Assembly (NCBI GenBank): GCA_019636015.1
Contig: JAHBYJ010000001.1
Span: 2,106,066 to 2,170,065, forward strand
Reading direction: 5' to 3'
Source: Parvibaculaceae bacterium
GTDB lineage: Bacteria; Pseudomonadota; Alphaproteobacteria; Parvibaculales; Parvibaculaceae
Length of the DNA stretch: 64,000 bases
Of this stretch, positions 56,342-64,000 are shown piece by piece (positions within the stretch are counted from its first letter, which is position 1; every line of letters starts with the position of its first letter). Position numbers and translations under genes: made by a program. The notes beneath the pieces were generated by a model, which saw only the letters and a list, made by a program, of their open reading frames with translations, had not been told where the DNA came from and did no database searches.

Positions 56342-57850
56342 CTATTCGGCCGCCTGGCCCGTTTGTGATTTTGCTGCGCTGGAGGCGATAGGCACCGCCT
56401 TCCAGAAATAGCGGCGGAAACCGCGCTTGTCGTCGAATTCCTTGATGCGGAAGACGAGCTTCACTTCCATGCCGGAATCGACCGTGCCGGCCTCCACATC
56501 CGTGAAGTCCATCATGATCCGCCCGCCCTCGTCGAACACCACCATGCCGTAATGGTTCGGCGGGTTCATGCTGAAGGACAGGAAGTCGGCCGACCAGGAG
56601 AGGATCTTCGCCTTCTTCTCGGCGAATTTATAGGGCTCCTGCGTATCGACCGTGTGGTTGTTCGGGTTGACCGAAATGCGCGACCGCGGGAACTGGACGA
56701 CGCCCGTCTCCTTGCAGCGCCCGCCTACAAGGCCCATCAGCATGTCCTCATTGCGGTAGAGCGTGGTGAGCGCGGTCTTCTTGTCCTGTTCCGCGCGCAT
56801 GCCCTTTTCCCACTCGATCAGGCCGTTGAAGGTGAGGAACTTCAGATAGTTCGTCTCCTCGACCCCGTTCTTGAGCGAACCCGCAATGCCGCGCTTCGAA
56901 GCCTGGCTCGACAGCCTGTCCGTCGCCTCGAAAACAAGCGCATCGCAGCCGCCGCCGAAGTGAAGCACCAGCACCTTGTCGCCGGGCTTCGCTTCTGTCT
57001 GGAGCGTGTTGACGAGCATGACGAGCGAATGCGCCGCGCCGGTCTCGCCGCAATTCGCCGCCAGCGTGTCCCGCGCCGCGTCGGGCGAAATACCGGACCG
57101 CTTCGCGAGTTGCTGGGCGAACTTGTCACCGAAGATGCACGGCATCACGAAATGCTTTATGTCCGAGGCACTTACACCCGAATTCTCAAGTGCTGCCTTC
57201 ACGGCCTTCGGAACGATCTTGGAAAAACCCTCGTCGCGAATCCAGCGCTCTTCCCAGTTGTAGTCGAACTCTTCCGTGTCGCCGCGGAAGTGATCCACGA
57301 AGTCGACCGTCAGGCTCGCGCCGCCGAGATAGGTCGCGATCACATTGTCCGTACCCACCATGACGGCCGCCGCGCCGTCACCGAAATCGAGCTCCTGCGA
57401 GGTCACCGCCTTGGTCTTGCGGTGATCGGAGGCCAGCACTAGCGCATTCTTCGCCTCGCCCGCCTTCACGGCGGAAAGCGCCTGCATCAGCGCCGAGGTG
57501 CCCGCCCGCTGCGTCGAGGCGACGTCCACCGCCCGCACGCTCTGCTCGAGCGTCAGCGCCGCGGCAATGATGCCGCTGTTGAGCCGGTCCTTGAACGGCA
57601 TGGTGGTGGAGCCGAAATAGAGTGCGTCCACATGGGACCGGTCGTCATCGGGGCCGAGCAGGTCGCGCGCGGCTTCGACGGCCATCGTCACCGAATCCTC
57701 GTCCCAATTGGCCATGGAGCGCTCGCCCTTCCCCTTGCCGAGGAAGTTCGGCGCCACCCAGGCGTTGGCTTGCGCAACCGATTTTCGTTGCAGTCTGAGC
57801 CGCGGAATATATCCGCCATAGGCTGTAAGCCCCACGGATTGCTGGGCCAT
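56342..57850 (-). CDS. HMG-CoA-synthase-like + DUF35 (OB-fold) fusion protein
   Basis: YIPRLRL, DEDSVTMAVEAA and GDGAAA motifs; C-terminal LVFRIK...RRYFWKA. Confidence 0.85.
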   Translation of the reverse strand: MAQQSVGLTAYGGYIPRLRLQRKSVAQANAWVAPNFLGKGKGERSMANWDEDSVTMAVEAARDLLGPDDDRSHVDALYFGSTTMPFKDRLNSGIIAAALTLEQSVRAVDVASTQRAGTSALMQALSAVKAGEAKNALVLASDHRKTKAVTSQELDFGDGAAAVMVGTDNVIATYLGGASLTVDFVDHFRGDTEEFDYNWEERWIRDEGFSKIVPKAVKAALENSGVSASDIKHFVMPCIFGDKFAQQLAKRSGISPDAARDTLAANCGETGAAHSLVMLVNTLQTEAKPGDKVLVLHFGGGCDALVFEATDRLSSQASKRGIAGSLKNGVEETNYLKFLTFNGLIEWEKGMRAEQDKKTALTTLYRNEDMLMGLVGGRCKETGVVQFPRSRISVNPNNHTVDTQEPYKFAEKKAKILSWSADFLSFSMNPPNHYGMVVFDEGGRIMMDFTDVEAGTVDSGMEVKLVFRIKEFDDKRGFRRYFWKAVPIASSAAKSQTGQAAE

Positions 57851-58086
57851 GCGTCTCCCCTTTCCGAACGTCTGGTTATTGTTGGCGGGAGTTTACCGGG
57901 CTTGGGAGCCTCGCCACAACTGGCGGTTTTCCGGGCGGAAAACCGCCAGAGTCCCCCTGCGTCAATCGGCCGGGATAGGTGAACCCACGATATATCGTTC
58001 AAGTCGGGACACACACCCTAACCCGCCTTAACACATTCCTCAGCTTTCGGGCGCTTAGCTGAATCTCCAGCACCAGGGACCAGAGG

Positions 58087-59841
58087 ATGGAGCAGCCGGT
58101 TCGGAGCAAGCGCATATCTGTCGCAGCGGAAGCCTCCTTGCAGGCAGCCCTCGGCCGGCCCTTGCCTGCTGCCGGCGCCGGACTGACCGGCCCTAAATCC
58201 GTCTGGCCGCTCGTCGCCGTATTCACTGTCTTCTTTTGCGCAATTCTCGGCCTGCTCGTTGCCGGCACGGCGGAGCTTGATCGCTTCGCCCACGGTCAGA
58301 CCCGAAGTCTCGCGCAAACCGCAATCGCAAAGGCCCTGGGTGATGTCGCCTTTGTCGCCCGCGACTACAGTTTCTGGGACGCATCCGTCGAAAACCTCAT
58401 CAGAAACATGAACCCTGACTGGGCCGACGACAATGTCGGCACCTACGCCTGGGAAGAGCTCGGCATGTCGCGCAGCCTGGTCCTCGGGCCCGGCAACATG
58501 CCGCTCTATTGGATGAAGGAGGGCGAGACCTCCTCGAGCGACGCCCTTTTCAGCCTTGCGCCATCCCTTCTCCGTCTTGCCGGCCGCGCGAGAGAAACGT
58601 CATGGAGCGATCCGCGCGCGGTCTCGGCCTTCATCCGGCTCGATGGCGGCATATTCATCGTGTCGGCCTCCGTCATAACGCCCGAGAAACCGGCGCCGAA
58701 GCAGATCGGCATGTCCGGCCGCGGCGTGCTGTTCTTCTTCCGCGAGATCGATGAAGACCGTCTGGCGGAGATGAGCGCTTCCTATCTCCTCGACGATCTG
58801 ACGCTGCTCTCCGCAGAGGCCGAGGGAGATTTCGACTCCCTGCCGCTTGAGGACGACAGCGGAAGCACGATTGCCCTTCTTGGATGGAAGCCGCCAAGTC
58901 CTGGCTTCGCCTTCCTCAGGCAAACGGCGCCCTGGGTTTCCGTGATCCTCCTTGTCTTTGCCGGCCTCATGGTGGTCGCCCTGAAGCGCGCCTATCTACA
59001 GGCCGCTACCGTCGCCCGCCTCAATGACGAACTCATCCACCGCTCAACGGACCTTGAACGCAGCCGTAGCGAGCTGACAAATGCGCTGGACGGGGCCGTC
59101 AAGGCCAACAAGGCGAAATCCGATTTTCTCGCGATCATGAGCCACGAGTTGCGGACCCCGCTCAACGCCGTGATCGGATTTTCCGATCTCATCCGCAACC
59201 AGACCTTCGGTCCAGTCGGGCACAGGAAATATATCGAATACGGAAACGACATCCATACGAGCGGGCAACACCTGCTGTCGCTCATCTCCGACATTCTCGA
59301 CGTGACACGGGCGAATGAAGGCACATTGGCGCTTGAATGCCGGCCGGTGAACCTCTCATCCCTCGTATCGAAATGCCTTACCATCGTCACGCAGCAGGCT
59401 GTGCGCCGGAGGATTGCCGTCGATGTGGTGGAGCGCAACGCGCCGAACATCGTGATGGGCGACGAGGTACGGTTGACGCAAATCCTGACCAACCTCGTGA
59501 GCAATGCCGTCAAGGCTTCGAGGGAGGGCTCGCGCATCCGCATCAGGATTTCTGCCGCGGCACACGGTATCGCGCTGCGCGTAATCGACAATGGCAGCGG
59601 CATACCGAAGCACGAGCTGGGCACTGTTACCGAGCCCTTCCGCCAGGCCGGCTCCTATCAGAGCGTTTTCAATCCCTACTCATCCGAGAATGCGGGAACG
59701 GGCCTCGGCCTCGCCATCGTGAAGCGGTTGACGGAAGCCCATGGCGGACAGCTGCGCATCTTGAGCAAGGTCGGTCTCGGCACCGTCGTGGAAGTCACGA
59801 TCCCCCGCGCCGAAGAAATCCCCTGCCGCAAAACAGCCTAG
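58087..59841 (+). CDS. Sensor histidine kinase with CHASE4-like periplasmic domain
   Basis: DYSFWD; SHELRTPLNAVIGFS H-box; NAVK, DNGSG and GTGLGL boxes; start uncertain. Confidence 0.88.
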   Translation: MEQPVRSKRISVAAEASLQAALGRPLPAAGAGLTGPKSVWPLVAVFTVFFCAILGLLVAGTAELDRFAHGQTRSLAQTAIAKALGDVAFVARDYSFWDASVENLIRNMNPDWADDNVGTYAWEELGMSRSLVLGPGNMPLYWMKEGETSSSDALFSLAPSLLRLAGRARETSWSDPRAVSAFIRLDGGIFIVSASVITPEKPAPKQIGMSGRGVLFFFREIDEDRLAEMSASYLLDDLTLLSAEAEGDFDSLPLEDDSGSTIALLGWKPPSPGFAFLRQTAPWVSVILLVFAGLMVVALKRAYLQAATVARLNDELIHRSTDLERSRSELTNALDGAVKANKAKSDFLAIMSHELRTPLNAVIGFSDLIRNQTFGPVGHRKYIEYGNDIHTSGQHLLSLISDILDVTRANEGTLALECRPVNLSSLVSKCLTIVTQQAVRRRIAVDVVERNAPNIVMGDEVRLTQILTNLVSNAVKASREGSRIRIRISAAAHGIALRVIDNGSGIPKHELGTVTEPFRQAGSYQSVFNPYSSENAGTGLGLAIVKRLTEAHGGQLRILSKVGLGTVVEVTIPRAEEIPCRKTA

Positions 59842-61100
59842 GCGTCGCTGTCGACCACGAAACAGGCGATCTTCTGCCGCTCCAGCGCCTTGCAGGCGGC
59901 TTTCGCCTCGCCGATCTGCCCATAGGCGCCGGCCTGAAGCCGATAGAACACGCCCTTCTCGCCGAGATCGGCTCTCTGGATCGCGTGACCGGCGCCCCCA
60001 AGAACAGGCGCCGCGGCCGTTGAAACCTCCGTCCATGCCTGTTCGGCAAGGCCCTCCTCGCGGAACGCGCCAAGCTGAATCCGGTAGCGTGCATCGGGCA
60101 TGGTGGCGGCCGCCGGCTTCGTCTCGGTCTTGGCAAGCGCCATGGGCTCGCGCGCAGGCAGCGTATCGGTCGGCCGGATCGAGCCGGTGATGATGTCGTC
60201 ATTCGCCTGCGCCGCATCGGCAACGAGCGCGGGCGCTTCCTCCTCGCGCGGCAGCCGCGTCGCTGTCGTCCGCCAGCCACCGATGCTCGATATCCGGATG
60301 ATCTGCGCACCTTCATGTCCCGAGGACGCCGCCTGGAACGGCGCAACCGTTGAAGGCAGCACTTTCGCCGTCACTTCTTCCTGGGCATCGTCGCCCGTCA
60401 TCGTTGTGAGCGCCGTGAGCTTCTCCGCGGCGGGTGCAAATTCCGGATCGACCGCCAGCGCCTGGCGGAGATCGGCCTCGGCGCGCGCCCTGTCGCCCAT
60501 GCCCTCATAGGCAAGCGCCCGCCCGAAATAGGAAAGCCGCTGCTCGCGCCCGCGCATCTGTTCCAGCGCGGCGGTGTAATGCGTCACTGCACTGTCGTTC
60601 GCGCCGCGCCGCCGCTCCAGATTGGCAAGATTGTGATAGGCCGCCGCATAGCCGGGCGACAGCTCGATGGCCTTGCGGTAATCCTGCTCGGCCGCGTCGT
60701 CCTTGCCGGATTGTCCATAGGCGATGCCGCGATTGTAATGCGCCCGCGCCAGCACCGGCTGCGGCAGGCTCCGTGCCTCGATCGCCCTTGTATAATCTGC
60801 GATTGCCGCGTCCTGCTGCCCGGACTTCTGCAACGCCACACCGCGATGATGCCAGGCCAGCGCGCGCGCTTCCGGCGTCAGCCCGCCGCTGTCGAGCGCG
60901 TTGGAAAACTCCACTGCCGCCTTGTCGTAATGGCCTCGCTCGATTGCATCGGCCCCGGACTTCATCAAGGCCGCCGCTTCCTGCTCCGCGCTGTTCGCTT
61001 GCGCGGGCGCTGGTCCGGGCGGTGCGGCCACCAGCAATCCGCCGAGAATGGCCAGGGCGGCAAATCGCCGGAAACCGGCTTCATGTCCCGCACGCCGCAT
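59838..61100 (-). CDS. TPR-repeat + SPOR-domain protein
   Basis: Signal peptide; several TPRs (HYNRGIAY, AYHNLANL); IQLGAF...FYRLQAG...C..L.....C. Confidence 0.85.
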   Translation of the reverse strand: MRRAGHEAGFRRFAALAILGGLLVAAPPGPAPAQANSAEQEAAALMKSGADAIERGHYDKAAVEFSNALDSGGLTPEARALAWHHRGVALQKSGQQDAAIADYTRAIEARSLPQPVLARAHYNRGIAYGQSGKDDAAEQDYRKAIELSPGYAAAYHNLANLERRRGANDSAVTHYTAALEQMRGREQRLSYFGRALAYEGMGDRARAEADLRQALAVDPEFAPAAEKLTALTTMTGDDAQEEVTAKVLPSTVAPFQAASSGHEGAQIIRISSIGGWRTTATRLPREEEAPALVADAAQANDDIITGSIRPTDTLPAREPMALAKTETKPAAATMPDARYRIQLGAFREEGLAEQAWTEVSTAAAPVLGGAGHAIQRADLGEKGVFYRLQAGAYGQIGEAKAACKALERQKIACFVVDSDA

Positions 61101-61253
61101 CGGCGTCCCTCCTCGATTGGCGTCAGAGATCAACTCGCGCCGAATTTACCACGCGCGGGTGCATAACCTCCCCTCGGAAGGAATCCGATAATGAATTCAA
61201 TGAGATAAATTGAAACGCAGAATCGCTGCGGCTGCAAAGCCGGACGAATCGTC

Positions 61254-63077
61254 CTATTCCACCGTCACCGACTTGGCGAGATTTCGCGGCTGGTCCACGT
61301 CCGTCCCCTTGGAAACGGCGGTGTGATAGGCAAGCAGCTGCACCGGAATGGCATTCACGATCGGCGCAATCAGCGGGTCGACCGCGGGCACCTCGATCGT
61401 CGCCCAAAGCCCCTCGCCCGCCCGCGCAATGCCTTCCTTGTCGGCGATCAGCAGCACGTTGCCGCCCCGCGCGATCACTTCCTGCATGTTGGAAATCGTC
61501 TTCTCGAACAGCGCATCGACCGGCGAAATCACGACCACCGGCACCGCCTCGTCGATCAGCGCGATGGGCCCATGCTTCAGCTCGCCCGCGGCATAGCCTT
61601 CCGCATGGATATAGGAGATTTCCTTGAGCTTCAGCGCGCCCTCGAGGGCGATCGGATAATTATGGCCGCGCCCGAGATAAAGCACGTCGCGCGCTTTTGC
61701 GACTTCGGCGCTCAGCGCCTGGATCGCCGGGTCCTGCGTCAGCGCATCGGCCACATGCCGCGGCACCTCGAGAAGCGTCCGCACGAGCCGGGTTTCCTCC
61801 TCCCGTGTGATCGTGCCCCGCGCAAGTCCCGTCCGCACGGCGAGAACGGCAAGCGTCGCAAGCTGGCAGGTAAACGCCTTGGTGGAGGCAACGCCGATTT
61901 CCGGTCCCGCAAAGGTCGGAAGGATCGCATCGGACGCACGCGCAATCGAGGACTCGGTCACATTGACGACCGAAACGATCTTCTGCCCCTGCGACTTGCA
62001 ATACTGAAGTGCCGCCAGCGTGTCCGCCGTCTCTCCCGACTGCGAAATGAAAACGGCAAGCCCGCCCGCGGGCAGCGCCGCCTCGCGATAGCGGAACTCC
62101 GAAGCGATATCGACCTCGACCGGCACCCGCGCATAGCGCTCGAACCAGTATTTCGCAACGAGCCCGGCATAAAAGGCCGTGCCGCAGGCAATGATGGTGA
62201 TGCGCGGAACGGCGGCAAGATCGACGGGCAGCGCAATCTCGCGGAACTTGTCGTTCAGCGGATCGAGATATTCGGACAGCGTATGGCCGATCACTTCCGG
62301 CTGTTCGAAGATTTCCTTCGCCATGAAATGGCGGTGATTGCCCTTGTCGACCAGCGCGGCCGAGACATCGGTGATCTTGACCGGGCGCTGCACCACGCGG
62401 CCCTCGGCATCGTGGATGATGGCGCTGTCGCGCGTGATCTCCACCCAGTCGCCCTCGTCGAGAAAGGCGACGCGGTTCGTCATCGGCGCAAGCGCGAAGG
62501 CGTCCGAGCCGAGATACATCGCGCCGTCGCCATAGCCGACCGCCAGCGGGCTGCCCCGCCGTGCACCGATCATCAGGTCTTCGTCACCGCGGAAAATGAT
62601 GCCGAGTGCGAACGCGCCTTCGAGTTCTTTCAGCGTCGCAGCGGCGGCATCGCGAGGGGCGAGCCCCTTGTCGAGATGGGCCGTCACGAGATGGGCGATC
62701 ACCTCGCTGTCGGTTTCGGTCGCGAATTTCGCGCCCCCGGCTGTCAGCCGTTCGCGCAGTTCGCGGAAATTCTCGATGATGCCGTTGTGCACGATCGCGA
62801 CGCGGTCGGTCGCATGCGGATGCGCATTGCGCTCCGTCGGCGCGCCATGCGTCGCCCAGCGCGTATGGCCGATGCCGATCGTGCCGTCGAGCGGCCATTC
62901 GTCGAGCAGCTTCTCGAGATTGAAGAGCTTGCCTTCGGCGCGGCGGCGGTCGATCTCGCCGCCATGAAGCGTGGCGATGCCAGCGCTGTCATAACCGCGA
63001 TATTCGAGCCGCTTCAGCGCCTCGAGAATCACGGGCGCAACGGGTTCCTTGCCGATGATGCCGACGATACCGCACAT
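61254..63077 (-). CDS. glmS: Glutamine--fructose-6-phosphate aminotransferase
   Basis: MCGIVG, LEYRGYDSAG, SQSGETADT and QPRNLAKSVTVE motifs. Confidence 0.98.
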   Translation of the reverse strand: MCGIVGIIGKEPVAPVILEALKRLEYRGYDSAGIATLHGGEIDRRRAEGKLFNLEKLLDEWPLDGTIGIGHTRWATHGAPTERNAHPHATDRVAIVHNGIIENFRELRERLTAGGAKFATETDSEVIAHLVTAHLDKGLAPRDAAAATLKELEGAFALGIIFRGDEDLMIGARRGSPLAVGYGDGAMYLGSDAFALAPMTNRVAFLDEGDWVEITRDSAIIHDAEGRVVQRPVKITDVSAALVDKGNHRHFMAKEIFEQPEVIGHTLSEYLDPLNDKFREIALPVDLAAVPRITIIACGTAFYAGLVAKYWFERYARVPVEVDIASEFRYREAALPAGGLAVFISQSGETADTLAALQYCKSQGQKIVSVVNVTESSIARASDAILPTFAGPEIGVASTKAFTCQLATLAVLAVRTGLARGTITREEETRLVRTLLEVPRHVADALTQDPAIQALSAEVAKARDVLYLGRGHNYPIALEGALKLKEISYIHAEGYAAGELKHGPIALIDEAVPVVVISPVDALFEKTISNMQEVIARGGNVLLIADKEGIARAGEGLWATIEVPAVDPLIAPIVNAIPVQLLAYHTAVSKGTDVDQPRNLAKSVTVE

Positions 63078-63079
63078 GT

Positions 63080-64000
63080 TCATTCACCCGGGGAAGCTTT
63101 TTTGATGCCTTCGTTCTTCGCGCGGAAGCCGGCAGCCCAGCCGGCCTTCTCGATCTGCTTGCCGCGCGCCACTGCAAGCGCGTCCGGCGTCACGTCTTTC
63201 GTCACCACGCTGCCGGAGCCGACATAGGCGCCGTCGCCGATCTTCACCGGCGCAACGAGAGACGAGTTCGAGCCGACAAAGGCCCCCGCACCGATATCGG
63301 TGAAGAACTTGTTGTAGCCGTCGTAATTGCAGGTGATCGTCCCCGCACCGATATTTGCATCGGCGCCCACTCGCGCGTCGCCGATATAGGAAAGATGGCT
63401 GATCTTCGCGCCATCCTCGATCTTCGCTTTCTTCGTCTCGACAAAATTGCCGATCTTCGCCTTGGCTCCGACCGACGTGCCCGGGCGGATGCGCGCGAAC
63501 GGACCTATCTCCGCGCCCGCGCCGATCTCCGCGCCTTCGAGATGCGAGAAGGCCTTGATCGTCGCGCCCGGGGCGATGCGGCAGCCCGGCGCGAAAACCA
63601 CGTTCTGCCCCACCGTCACATCCTCGCCGAACTGCGTGTCATGGCTGAGATAGACCGTATCGGGATCGAGGAACGTCACACCGCCCGCCATCGCCGCGGC
63701 GCGAAGCCGCTTCTGCATCGCGGCTTCGGCGGAAGCCAGATCGGCCCGGCTGTTCACGCCCTGAATGTCGCTTTCGGGGCAGGTCACGACGCTGCAGGAA
63801 AGCCCGGCGGTGCGGCCATGCGCCACGAAATCCGTCAGATAATATTCGCCCTGCGCATTGTCGTTGGTGAGCTTGGCAAGCAGCGCCTGAAGATGTTTCG
63901 CCCGCACCGCCATCGGCCCGCCGAAGCAGAGCCTGATCGCGCGCACTTCCTCGCTCGCATCCTTGTGCTCGACGATGCGCTTCACTTCCTCGCCGTCGCG
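63080..64000 (-). CDS. glmU: Bifunctional GlmU (5' end outside the window)
   Basis: NAQGEYYLTD, GPFARIRP, HLSYIGDA and TCNYDG motifs. Confidence 0.96.
   Translation of the reverse strand, partial: RDGEEVKRIVEHKDASEEVRAIRLCFGGPMAVRAKHLQALLAKLTNDNAQGEYYLTDFVAHGRTAGLSCSVVTCPESDIQGVNSRADLASAEAAMQKRLRAAAMAGGVTFLDPDTVYLSHDTQFGEDVTVGQNVVFAPGCRIAPGATIKAFSHLEGAEIGAGAEIGPFARIRPGTSVGAKAKIGNFVETKKAKIEDGAKISHLSYIGDARVGADANIGAGTITCNYDGYNKFFTDIGAGAFVGSNSSLVAPVKIGDGAYVGSGSVVTKDVTPDALAVARGKQIEKAGWAAGFRAKNEGIKKASPGE

Noticed and set aside
58018-58032. CTAA-N6-TTAAC as a CtrA box upstream of the histidine kinase
   Set aside because: Wrong spacing and a mismatch; at best a half-site

Overview
GC-rich alphaproteobacterial chromosome segment (Hyphomicrobiales-like gene order, plausibly Parvibaculum-like; taxonomy is inference). 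Core genes include the rlpA-dac-tmk-holB-metG-tatD-phnP run, tRNA-Ser(TGA), hspQ, putP, mfd, sdhE, recG, glmS and a truncated glmU. Around them are many lipid/acyl-CoA catabolic genes (FadL, acyl-CoA ligases, CaiB, SDR, thiolase, crotonase, LvaAB-like kinase pair). I saw no integrase, transposase, rRNA or CRISPR array. Main highlights: (1) a dif-like XerCD site at 2254-2281, with KOPS motifs pointing towards it, so the window probably starts at the replication terminus; (2) beside it, four tandem secreted PepSY-like paralogs with interchangeable low-complexity linkers (one with Gly-X-Thr triplets), each followed by its own terminator and three preceded by EcfG-like promoter motifs; (3) a tandem pair of unknown six-cysteine secreted proteins behind a palindromic operator; (4) two paralogous small membrane proteins bracketing putP, one behind a perfect CtrA box; (5) several degenerate or repurposed enzyme modules: an M23 domain lacking a Zn ligand, an HMGS-DUF35 fusion lacking the catalytic Cys, and an orphan StyC-like protein.
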